A stretch of DNA of 64,000 bases from Alloascoidea hylecoeti (taxonomy: Eukaryota): the NCBI GenBank assembly GCA_001600815.1, contig BCKZ01000011.1, positions 641,224 to 705,223 on the forward strand, given 5' to 3'. This document shows positions 23,153 through 33,193 of this stretch, piece after piece. A program made the translations under genes and the position numbers. The notes beneath the pieces are model-generated. The model worked only from the letters and a program-made list of their open reading frames with translations, was not told the DNA's origin and ran no database searches. Positions within the stretch are counted from its first letter, which is position 1. Every line of letters starts with the position of its first letter.

Positions 23153-24002
23153 CTATACAAGCAAAACAGCATTCACACATCCGTCTCTGTCGGGCTCGTT
23201 GGTAATCTGAGCATACTTGCCCCAAACAACTTTGCCCCCCGCTGTCACCAGTCCTAACTCACTCACGTTAACCTCGATGATCGTGCCTTTGGTCAAAACT
23301 CCCAGCTGCGTGTACATGGGACTTTGCGGATTCTTCTTGACCCCCAAAATTGGCAAAAATACTGTAACCTTCAGCTCAGGATGCGTAACATTGGCCTTCT
23401 TCTGTCTCAAAGCTGAAGGTCGGATGATCCTCTCCATCTTAACCGGCCGTCGTGTAAATCCTTCTCCAACAAATGTATGTTTGGTGATCATTCGTTTCCA
23501 TGATTTGGACTTCTTCGTACCCGTCTTAATAACTTTAAACATTTCTTCTTCTGTAATACCTCGAACTTTGGGCAATGGTACACTGAACTTATCTGCTTTC
23601 TCCAATCTTTTTTGTTTAATAGAGCTACTAAGTGCTTTTGCTTGATTTTCATTCTTACGATCCAATAAATATGCTGGTAATGCTTCTCCATTATTTTCAA
23701 CTGGTCCTTTTGGCCCTTTAACTTTAGATTCTTCGTGTGCTTTAATTCTTTTCTTCATTTCAACCTTTTCACTATATCGTTTCTTAGCAAACATCTTAGC
23801 TTTGAATCCAATTAATTTTTGTGCATTTTTAGAAATCTTATGCGATTCTCTTGCTTCTCTTTTACGTTTACGTTCTTCATGATCTAATCGACGTCCATGC
23901 TTTTTAATATGTTGTTCAATATATTCATTTTGTGGCTAAACTCATCAAATATTATTAGTTACTTATTTAATTTGTAATTATATTTGATATTTGACTTACC
24001 AT
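23153..24002 (-). CDS. NSA2: Ribosome biogenesis protein Nsa2; exons 24002-24000 (ATG only) and 23935-23153 (261 aa)
   Basis: ATG|GTAAGT...TAG|CCACAAAATGAATAT gives [20 protein letters not shown]-terminus [24 protein letters not shown]. Confidence 0.96.
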
Positions 24003-24755
24003 TGTGAAAAAATGTTATTTATATAATTTTGTAAAGAAATGGAATTTTTTTTTCATGAACATTTTTGAAAATTGTTTCCTTCGGTAGGGTAACTGATGAG
24101 CAGATACCGCGTGTAAATATCATCCTGCAATATCATCATAACGTGAACTTCAATTTAATAATCCTATATTTGTATTTGACATAATACTTTTAACAACTAT
24201 CTATTCATTTCGCTGATCTCATTAATATTGTAAAGAATATTTCTATGACTTATAAAGTTGATAACATCCCCCCTTAATCCTTCCCTTTCCAGTTTTACCC
24301 GTTATAGGAAATGTACCAAATTAAATATATGCAACTTCTTCAATACATAATTACAGAAGATCGTCAATATTTTACGGAACAATTATATTATACCCCCCGG
24401 TCCTGCTTCTAAACAACAATTTCCCCTCATCTTCAATAATTTATAAACGATAGGCCAAAATCAAAAATGCTTGCAAGGAGAAGTACTACAATAGCGAATG
24501 AATGATATGGCTATTGGCTCCAAGTAAACAATATCATACTTCAAACATTACGCATGAAAATGTTTCTAACTAATCAGAAATTTTCTCCAATGATGAGATT
24601 ACCAGTAGAATCATCATAAATATTCAAAGATTATTTCTGAATTAAAGAAAAATAAAAAAAGGCAGTGTTATAACCACCCATTAATTGAATACTCTCCAAA
24701 CCTTTAAACTGTCCTTGAAATACCACATAATGTTCCGGAAATTATAGAGATTATA

Positions 24756-25693
24756 TTAGTGTAAATAAATAGAAATTCTAATTAGTTTAATACTTCGTGT
24801 TGGCCCCTTACGAAGTACATAGTCAATTGGGTTAAGGCTTCTAATATCAATTTTAGCCTGGTGATGACTTTTGCTGAGGAGATTCCATATGATGTGCTCA
24901 ATTGGATTCAAATCGGGAGAAAAAGGAAGCCACTCCAACAGCACCATCTTCTTTTCACAAAACCAATTCATTGTATTATGGATAAGCCTATTATCCAGGT
25001 TAAATAAGAAACCATCATAAATCTCATCAAGTCTTTTACAAAAGTTTAATGTAGGAGGAACATGTGGTGGTTCCTATCTTACTGCTATTATGAACATCAA
25101 CTACTCTTTACCGTGAATTGTGGTTTACTTTCTAAATTCCAGCGCATGCCATAAAGCTCATAGACTCAGATTTTCCTATATATTATAAATCTTTTTTTTA
25201 TGAAATACAACAACATCCCAAATGTCATGATAACACACTCCAACCTATATTTAGACAATACTATTCATTCGGTTCTTCTCATTTATATAAGATCATTCAC
25301 ATGCCGAAACTATTCAATTTTCATGATTTTACAGAAGGGTTTTTAGGCGGTTTTTGATATTGCCATATTTGATGCCTGCTCCTCAAACGTATCCAATAGG
25401 GGACGAGGAGAAGACACACATAGAGAGTTTTCACAACGTTAATTATTTAATTTACTGCTATTCAGTAAGTTCTGCAAGATTTCTTGTTCGAAGAGGTGTT
25501 ACAGTTTTTGCTATATTTATATGAATCGCACCATTGAAGGAACAATATTAACCTTTCTGCTTATTTCAGCAATTGAGAAGCCATTTTTAGTAATATTGCA
25601 AATTTTAATTTGCTTCTCTGGTTTTAATCACACTTTTTAGAATTAGAATTACGTGAAATCTCGCTTAACGAAAATTCTAGAAGTCATTATATG
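24756..25693 (-). mobile_element. Degenerate Tc1/mariner (DDE) DNA transposon, copy A
   Basis: Open stretch GFLFNLDNRLIH...WLPFSPDLNPIEHIIW (2nd Asp and Glu motifs) and upstream DIWDVVVF. Nucleotide similarity to 58960-59830 over ~900 bp. Confidence 0.85.
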
Positions 25694-25807
25694 TATATTT
25701 TAAAAAAAGGTATCCCTGTTTTATTGTTACTGTAGATAAAAGAGACTTATAGACTCTTAATATAATCAGCTACTGAGACATGTCAGTAAATAGCGTTGAA
25801 GTTGGCC

Positions 25808-25966
25808 ATGGGGGACAAAGATTTATTTTGCATACCTAATAGCAATAAACCATATGATTATTAGAGACAGAATTGCTCATAATAAGGGTAAAAAATTGGG
25901 GACTTTGAACTCAAACACACAAGTTTGAAAAGGCTTAAAATGGAATTTAAATTCTACTGGATTGCA
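25808..25966 (+). mobile_element. Possible Ty3/gypsy integrase zinc-binding (H2C2) domain relic
   Basis: With frameshifts: LFCIPNS...IAHNKGK/IGDFELKHTSLKRLKMEFKFYW, resembling gypsy LCIP..AH....GHFG..KT..RL...FYW. Confidence 0.4.
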
Positions 25967-26606
25967 AAAAAAATATATATATATATATACTATTAACGTT
26001 AGTTTTCAAGCTCAAATACTGTATAGATCCTTTATAAACAAATAGATATGGATTTTTTTTTTAATAATTATAAATATGATATTTGATAAACCTTTGCTGA
26101 TTTTAAGCGCTGCTCTAGACTCGTGTTTGATATACTTTTGCAACTGATTTCTTAATACTTTTATGTTTAATAGTTATAAATCTTATGATTTTTATTATTA
26201 TATTTAAGTTTTTTTATTAATATTGCTTAAATTAATTAAACCTTCCTATTTTTTTTATTTTTCGAATTCATAATTACCAATTTTAAAACTATATCAATTA
26301 TGAACGATATTATGTAAAATATTGTTAAATACTATTAGGCTTATTACTTTTTGAGTAATTTTACAATAGTTTATAGGATTACTTGTACTCATGACTTCAT
26401 GGATAGATTTAAATTTATTATTGAAAGTTGATACGTATCACATATAAGTTACATAACAATAAAAGAATTGAGAATCAAGTCCACATCATATAATGATTCA
26501 TATTTATAAAAATAAAAAATACAAATAAGTTAAGAATAAATAGGTTTGAATAGTAATAAGTTGTTTAATAAGTCCAGATATAAGTATTATCAATATTTTG
26601 ATTTAA

Positions 26607-26771
26607 TTAACATTTGCATTCCTTTTCACATTTGCAATTGTCAGCACAGGAACAATCCTTTGTGTTTGAACATTTGCATGGTGATGCACAAGAGCATGAT
26701 TTTGAAGCATTAGTTTGAGAACATTGACAGGTTTTTTCACAAGTGCAAGGAGAAGAACAAGAGCAGGCCAT
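26607..26771 (-). CDS. Metallothionein, 54 aa, 16 Cys in 8 CxC motifs
   Basis: Not in ORF track. MACSCSSPCTCEKTCQCSQTNASKSCSCASPCKCSNTKDCSCADNCKCEKECKC*; no aromatic residues or His; AAAAATG context; TATATAA ~100 nt upstream. Confidence 0.93.
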   Translation of the reverse strand: MACSCSSPCTCEKTCQCSQTNASKSCSCASPCKCSNTKDCSCADNCKCEKECKC

Positions 26772-26870
26772 TTTTGTAATAATTTTGATTTGAGAGTAAT
26801 TTAGTTATGATTTGATTTTTGTTTAATCGATGATTGATTATTTAAAAAAAAGGAGAGGAAATTTAACACT

Positions 26871-27074
26871 TATTATATAGTAAAAAGAGGAAGCACAAAT
26901 TTCTCAGATTTAAGTTTATATGGTGCTAAAAGTGGAGAGCACAATGCACGCTGTTATTTTAGAGCACAAACCTCTCAACTGCAAGATAAGATTTAAAAGA
27001 TTGAGAGCAATGTGCGCTGATGTTTAATTACTAACATTAGCATTTTAAGTAAAGCACAAACCTCTCAAGCACAA
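26871..27074 (-). promoter_or_regulatory. Metallothionein promoter: TATA box plus repeated AGCACAA(AYYTCTCA) elements and one TTACTAA (Yap-type site)
   Basis: + strand AGCACAAATTTCTCA 26892-26906; AGCACAAACCTCTCAA 26963-26978 and 27053-27068; AGCACAA 26938 and 27068; TTACTAA 27028-27034. Confidence 0.65.
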
Positions 27075-27344
27075 TCATGTCACCATGACTATGACTAAAA
27101 TGACAATCAATAAACTTATATTGATGATTCGGATCCTCACGCATGAGCCAAAAGAACTAGACAAGCCTATTGCACCTATGACTTACATACCGTGTTTCTA
27201 CTTAATTTCCGTCATTTTTTGAACTAACTATTTCAATAATTAATCAAAAAAAGTTGATTGTGTTTTAAATCTGAAACTATGGCTAGTTTTATTAAACATC
27301 AATGAGATGCTTATATAATCTAGTCTAAAATATCCTGCCGACAG

Positions 27345-27353
27345 GTCACGTGA
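27345..27353 (+). promoter_or_regulatory. Cbf1-type E-box GTCACGTGA upstream of SEC9
   Basis: Exact RTCACGTG ~120 nt before the ATG. Similar sites lie at ~11900 (TRS85 upstream) and ~20072 (RAX2 upstream). Confidence 0.45.
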
Positions 27354-27474
27354 ACTCATTTTTCCAACCAACCTATTAATAACATCTTTCAACTCATCTT
27401 ATCCTACATCTGTTCTTTTCTCCATTTACATATCTTTTCTCATCACTTAACATTTTTTCATTCAAACATACAAA

Positions 27475-28836
27475 ATGGGTCTTTTCAGTAAGAAGAAGGC
27501 TCCCGAAGACACCGCTGCCCAGAACCGGGAATATATGGAATCCACTGGTATTCCCGTTAAGCAAAGTAGTCGAAGAAGAAATAAATTCGGTGCCTTTTCT
27601 GAATATGCCAAGGAGAAGGAAAATGAGGCGGCAGCTTCAAAACCTTTAATTCCAAATAGAGGTCCCAACTCAAATCCATATGCTCAGATGTCCAATAATC
27701 ATGTTGGTGGTGGTGTTGACCGTAATGCTGGCCCCAACGGTGGATCGTTTCCACCAGGCGGATCTAATTTGGCACAACAAGCACGACAGTCTCCTTATGC
27801 TACGGCTGCTAACAGTAGAAATAATGGTTATAGCAGTTCTCAACTAGCTTCTAATAGCAATTCTGATTTAAATCAGGCAAAGGACGATTTGTTCGGCGGT
27901 GCTAGAAATAGAACACAGCCACAACAACAACCTGCTGGTGGGAGGTCAGCGTTGTACGCAGCGGCAGCCAATAATCAACCTCGTCGTACTAAATCAAGAG
28001 AAACGATGAACACATTGGATGATTTAAATGCCGATTATGATGATTATGCTGAGACTAGAAATAAACCTACCGGATATCAAGCCCAAACAACTGCATATAC
28101 CCCTGAATACGAAGAGTACGAGGAAAAACAAGAACAACAACAAGAAGATGAAGATGTCGAAGGAATCAAACAAGAATTACGTTTCGTTAAAGGTGAGTCC
28201 GTAGCAAGTACCAGAAACACACTACGAATGGCTCAAGAAGCTGAAATGAGTGGTCAGAATGCTATGGGAATGTTGGGTGCCCAAGGAGAAAGACTTTATA
28301 ACGTTGAAAGAAACTTGGCAATTGCTGACACGCAGGCTCAAATTGCTGATGATAAAGTTAAAGAATTGCAAAAATTAAATGAAAGTATTTTTGCGGTTCA
28401 TGTTGGTAATCCATTTAATTCCAAGAGAAAATTACGTGAAAGAGAACAAAAATTAAAGGATAATAGAATGAAAGACAAGGCCATTGCTGAACAACAAAGA
28501 AGTCAAGTATATCAATCTGAACAAAGAATCAAGGGAGCATTATATGGTAAGCCTGGAGCGTCTGACACAGCACAGAAATATAGGGAAAAGAAAATCATGG
28601 ATAATGCAAAGAAATATCAATTCGAGGCAGATTCTGAAGATGATGAAATGGAGACGGAAATTTCAGAGAATTTGGATCAAATTGATGGTTTTGCCAAACG
28701 ATTAAATAAATTGGCCCTTGCAACAAGAGATGAAGTTGATAGTCAAATGGATAGACTTCAAAAGATTGGGGAAGATACTGATAGGCTGGATATTAATGTC
28801 CATGTCAATAACTCAAGACTGGCTTCTATTAGATAA
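27475..28836 (+). CDS. SEC9: Exocytic t-SNARE Sec9 (SNAP-25 like)
   Basis: Two SNARE coils (ESVASTRNTLRMAQEAE..LGAQGERL; EMETEISENLDQI), IFAVHVGNPFNSK and KYQFEADSEDDEME. Confidence 0.93.
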   Translation: MGLFSKKKAPEDTAAQNREYMESTGIPVKQSSRRRNKFGAFSEYAKEKENEAAASKPLIPNRGPNSNPYAQMSNNHVGGGVDRNAGPNGGSFPPGGSNLAQQARQSPYATAANSRNNGYSSSQLASNSNSDLNQAKDDLFGGARNRTQPQQQPAGGRSALYAAAANNQPRRTKSRETMNTLDDLNADYDDYAETRNKPTGYQAQTTAYTPEYEEYEEKQEQQQEDEDVEGIKQELRFVKGESVASTRNTLRMAQEAEMSGQNAMGMLGAQGERLYNVERNLAIADTQAQIADDKVKELQKLNESIFAVHVGNPFNSKRKLREREQKLKDNRMKDKAIAEQQRSQVYQSEQRIKGALYGKPGASDTAQKYREKKIMDNAKKYQFEADSEDDEMETEISENLDQIDGFAKRLNKLALATRDEVDSQMDRLQKIGEDTDRLDINVHVNNSRLASIR

Positions 28837-28948
28837 TTATAAATAGTAGGAGGAAATTCGGATAATTGGATAGTTGATATTTACACTCATTAATTAATAG
28901 TTTTATTTTGTTTCAATTTATTTTACCTTATCGTGTTTTATGGTTAAA

Positions 28949-29425
28949 TTAATACCACGCATCTTCTATAGGCCCCGAAACACCAGATAAGGCTGAAGAA
29001 TCCCTTAGAATGGCGATAATTGCCGCGGGGTCTGTTTCCTGAAGATGAGTTATTCCAATAATGGATGAGTCGACTGTATAAGTAGTGATAGAAGCTTTAA
29101 ACATTTTGAAATCCTCATAGGGCACCCGCACCCACACTTGGTGACCTCTATCCGAGGTTGCCCCATCCATATGTAAGAAGTCGACATGTGTAGATTCCCC
29201 TATAATGCCATAGTATTGTTGAAGAGCAGCATTGAATAACCGTTTCCACGTTAGGTAATCACACAATATGTCTTGTGTATTAGGACATCGACTGCCAATA
29301 AAATTCAAATGTTAGCACATAGATAAAAACTCGTCTTCAAGAAATGAACTTCATCATCGGATTTCTTACAGCTCCAGGTGGAAGTAGTGCCAGTCAGGTT
29401 TTATCGTTATCGAGGGTTTTCCCAT
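28949..29425 (-). CDS. POP8: RNase P/MRP subunit Pop8; exons 29425-29370 and 29291-28949 (132 aa)
   Basis: Exon 1 MGKPSITIKPDWHYFHLE; GTAAGA..GCTAAC..CAG intron (78 nt); then TWKRLFNAALQQYYGIIGE..DFLH..VWVRVP..F.ASITTY, matching the Pop8 pattern. Confidence 0.85.
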
Positions 29426-29499
29426 TTTGTTTGTGCTTCTAAACAATTTTTTTTTGACTTTCAACTTTATCATTTTCTTCCACCACCCAAACACCAACC

Positions 29500-31683
29500 A
29501 TGGCCAATACAAGCAGTCATGAAAAGGTCTTAATATCAGACTTACCTGTGGAGGTGCTCAAAAACACATTTTCATACTTGGACCCAGCTTCGTACTTCTA
29601 TGTTGCCCAGGTGTGTCATGTCTGCCGTTCCGTAGCACTCGACAAAAACAACTTGATTGATCATATCATGGACACAGGCCTTGATGAGATCCTGTCTCCA
29701 TTGCACCCAAATAGTCAGATCAGACAGCACTTAGGTCTTGCTACAACCCCCGATGAAGCCACTCAAAGTAAAATACTCATGTCAAGGTCTTGGATGAGGC
29801 AGCTCTATGCCACAAAAGCTCGAGATTGTATAGTAGGAAAGATACTCACAAAAGTTATGTCCTCAAGTTGTTTATTCAACAGGTATCTGACTCTATTAAG
29901 GCTTAAACTGAAATTATTCAAACTGAGTCCAACTTATTTGTTATATATAAACTCATCTCCGACAAATCTTCAAACTGGAAACACACTGGTATTCCATTGT
30001 TCTGCTTTATCACCCGATGGAACCAAAATGATTACATGTTATGGTTCAACTGACTCTAGTTGCGAAACAAATACTCCTTTAAAGGATCACGAGTTCGTTA
30101 TGAATATTTTTAGCCTAACCTCACAATTGGAGAATAATTCACTAAGTAATAAACAAAGATTGGAATATTCTTTACGCGTTGCCAAGTCTGATCGCCTAGC
30201 ACAAGTTATAGCTATGTCTACCGATAATAAATTTATAGCCGTCACCTATAAATACGGCTACGTTGAAGTTTATAAACTTCCAGGCTTTTCTGTTAATTCA
30301 TCATCATCACAATATACATATATAAAGCCAATATTTGAAAAGCAATATCCATCATCAATTTCTTATCTTGGTATATCACAAAATGGTGAAGTTTTATTCA
30401 TTCGTTCAAAACGACTCGGAGGTTTATTATTAGTTAATTTACGTACAAAAGTTGAAATGGATATACCACATTATCGGTTGGATTTGAATATGTCTTTACA
30501 ATTAAACGATCGAATATTATCAATTTCGGGTTGGAAAGAGTCAATTATATTTGGTTCTGCACATGAAACACAAAATTCAATAACCTCGCCCTCATCTCCA
30601 GATTCAAATGCCCAACAGAAGGACAATTCATACATTTTATCTCCCCCATCATCCCATGAAGATAATTTTAATTATATATCTGGTGATGACGATGAAGAAG
30701 ATTCATGTTGTAATAGGAAAACTAAACGCCGAAGGTTAGCTGATATTTCAGATCGGCCAAAATTTAATGTTGATTCTCCTCCAGATTCACTTTGGGATTA
30801 CTACTCCAATTTAATTACATCCAATACTTCTTCATATGTTCCTGCTGAGAATGTTATGGCGTTATCAGTTAATGATATGTACTTGGGGTTTGTTAGGGAA
30901 GATCAATTTAAAGCAAAATTGGTATTGTTCAAATTGGTAGATGAGCCAATGGATACTAATAGTGCATATGAGGAATATTTGGGAATGGCTGCTACTCAGC
31001 ATTTAATAATGGAAAATCAACAAAGTGGTAATGAAAATGCTACATCAGATAACGAAAATAGAGATGATGAAGATGAGAATAATACTCAGCTTGAAAGTGA
31101 AAATACTACTCATGGATTGAATAATGAAGACTACAACAATGAAGAAGATGAAGAAGGTAATGATTATGTAGCAAATGAGGAAGGTAATGATTATGATGAG
31201 GATGATGAAGATGATGGCGGTGATGATGAAGATGATGACGATGAAGAAGGGCAAATGAAAAGAACAATGATGATATGCACATTTAATGGAATCGTTTATT
31301 GTCTCTCCAACTCAACACGACTCTTTGCAATTCTTACCACAGATACCCTATTTATATATCATTTCAATCTAGACGTTATGGAGGAGACCTTAAAATGCCC
31401 ACAATCGCCCTGTCCTTATGTGCCATTTAGTGTGCCACGAAGCTATTTGATAAAAAATCTGGAAGAAATAAAATCTAAACGAAAAATGGGGTTAATGGAT
31501 GATCAAGACCAGTTTGCATTAATACTGCAACCTGATCCTATTCCAAATTCCGAGCTTTTTATGCATTTTATCGGAGACTCTAAACTTATTATATTGCACG
31601 AAGAACAAGCGCTAATCTGTGAACTAGCACAGCTTCATAATAATACTGGCCCATTAGTTTTTGAGGAACTCATTCTTCATTGA
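29500..31683 (+). CDS. F-box protein with probable beta-propeller and acidic insertion
   Basis: ISDLPVEVLKNTFSYLD...VAQVCHVCRSV F-box; WD-like strands (ALSPDG, AMSTDNKFIAV, ISQNGEVL); long D/E tract. Confidence 0.7.
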   Translation: MANTSSHEKVLISDLPVEVLKNTFSYLDPASYFYVAQVCHVCRSVALDKNNLIDHIMDTGLDEILSPLHPNSQIRQHLGLATTPDEATQSKILMSRSWMRQLYATKARDCIVGKILTKVMSSSCLFNRYLTLLRLKLKLFKLSPTYLLYINSSPTNLQTGNTLVFHCSALSPDGTKMITCYGSTDSSCETNTPLKDHEFVMNIFSLTSQLENNSLSNKQRLEYSLRVAKSDRLAQVIAMSTDNKFIAVTYKYGYVEVYKLPGFSVNSSSSQYTYIKPIFEKQYPSSISYLGISQNGEVLFIRSKRLGGLLLVNLRTKVEMDIPHYRLDLNMSLQLNDRILSISGWKESIIFGSAHETQNSITSPSSPDSNAQQKDNSYILSPPSSHEDNFNYISGDDDEEDSCCNRKTKRRRLADISDRPKFNVDSPPDSLWDYYSNLITSNTSSYVPAENVMALSVNDMYLGFVREDQFKAKLVLFKLVDEPMDTNSAYEEYLGMAATQHLIMENQQSGNENATSDNENRDDEDENNTQLESENTTHGLNNEDYNNEEDEEGNDYVANEEGNDYDEDDEDDGGDDEDDDDEEGQMKRTMMICTFNGIVYCLSNSTRLFAILTTDTLFIYHFNLDVMEETLKCPQSPCPYVPFSVPRSYLIKNLEEIKSKRKMGLMDDQDQFALILQPDPIPNSELFMHFIGDSKLIILHEEQALICELAQLHNNTGPLVFEELILH

Positions 31684-31975
31684 TTATGATTCGGAAAATT
31701 AACCTGAACTTTATTATATTTGTAATAAGGATTTAGATTTATTTCATATAATTTATTATTTTAATACGAACTTACATTGATATTAGAAATCATATTATAT
31801 AATTAATAATACTCAGCACTAATTTTAATTGATTGTGGTATTGGCATATCAAAATTAATTAAGCGAATGAATTTATTAACATCAATATATTGATACTATT
31901 AATGTAAACCATTTTCTAAATTATATAATACAGATCCATGATAAATGATGATGATGTTTGAGTTTTATAATGCGT

Positions 31976-32517
31976 TTAACGTTCTTTTAACATCTTATTT
32001 CTCTTCTCCTTTCGTTTTAATCTAGCAATTCTTTTGGCACTTAGTTTCTCGGCCAATTTTGCTAATCGCTCCTTCTCTTCTTTGGCCTCAATTCTCGATT
32101 TCTTTTCAGCAATCTTAGCCTATTTTTTTATGAATTAGGACATGTTAGTTTGTAGGACGAAAAAGAAAACAAAACTATTATTTTGTAACTTACCTTTCTA
32201 GCTGATTCCTTCTCATCTTTCATTTCTTTTATTTTAGCCCTTATACTAGCTTCCCTATTCTTTTCTTCAACCTTCTTCTCCCATGATACTTTTTGAATAC
32301 CAATCCCTCTAATTCTTAAAGCTCCTTTTTTTGGTTTCCAAGTCTTGCCTGAAAAAATAAAAAATTTATTAGTTAGTTTAATTAAATCATATAAAACAGC
32401 AACTAAAACTTATCCTGCGAAGGAAAAAAACAACTTACCATTAACACGATTTAGTGGCTCATCATTTGCTACTTGTGTGGCATTTTCAGTGTCTTTTTTT
32501 GTTTCCACCTCACTCAT
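31976..32517 (-). CDS. CGR1: rRNA-processing protein Cgr1; exons 32517-32439, 32348-32194, 32119-31976 (125 aa)
   Basis: Not in ORF track. Two GTAAGT introns give ...NRVNGKTWKPKKGALR...SWEKK...KRIARLKRKEKRNKMLKER*. Confidence 0.92.
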
Positions 32518-32592
32518 TATTACTTGTATCGATTTTATACAAAAGGTGTTCTTGAGTTTTTCCCAGTTTTTAATATCATATTTTTTCATGTC

Positions 32593-32600
32593 TTACCCGG
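32593..32600 (+). promoter_or_regulatory. Reb1-type site TTACCCGG upstream of CGR1
   Basis: Exact match ~75 nt upstream of the CGR1 ATG. Confidence 0.55.
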
Positions 32601-33193
32601 ATATTCTTTTGAATAAATGTTCGTTTTTCTCAAGAAACCTATATCAATACTTTAATAAAACTTTATCCGCTAAATAGATTTTGCTATTCGCGAAACAATG
32701 AATTCTGATCAGCAGCAAATAAATATAATTGGTCCACACCTCCTCATTCATAGCCACATTTACGGACAATTTACCACCTGCTATAGGAAACTAAAACTAA
32801 ATTTATCAAAAAAAATATTCATTTACGGATAATTTTTCATCTATGGACTTTCTTGAGGATAACGACAATGTTACTGATTTCACTGCATTAAGTTTGTATT
32901 AATCTTGTTAAAACTAATAGAATCTTATTATAGCTTATAGATAAAATATAAATATGTACTTCAAATAAAACATACCATGACAACTTAAAATTGAAGTTTA
33001 GCCATAAAATTAAAGGTAATTGATTCTTTATATAATTAATGTAATTTTTTGTCATAATGACAATGAGCGCGCACTCATATCCTTTTGCAATCCGCTATTG
33101 TATTTAGCATAGCCATCCACATGGCATGACAGAAACAGAAGATATAAATTTTTATAAAAATTTTCATAAATTTAATAGATATCTAGAATATAT

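Noticed and set aside
29292..29369. ATGATGA (box C) within the POP8 intron
   Set aside because: No CTGA box D and too little room for a C/D snoRNA.
32345..32677. 110-aa + strand ORF
   Set aside because: Antisense to CGR1 exon 1/intron 1 with a TTG start.
33050..33140. Two small hairpins (ATGAGCGCGCACTCAT; GCCATCCACATGGC) downstream of SNX3
   Set aside because: No convincing H/ACA or C/D architecture; likely 3' UTR.
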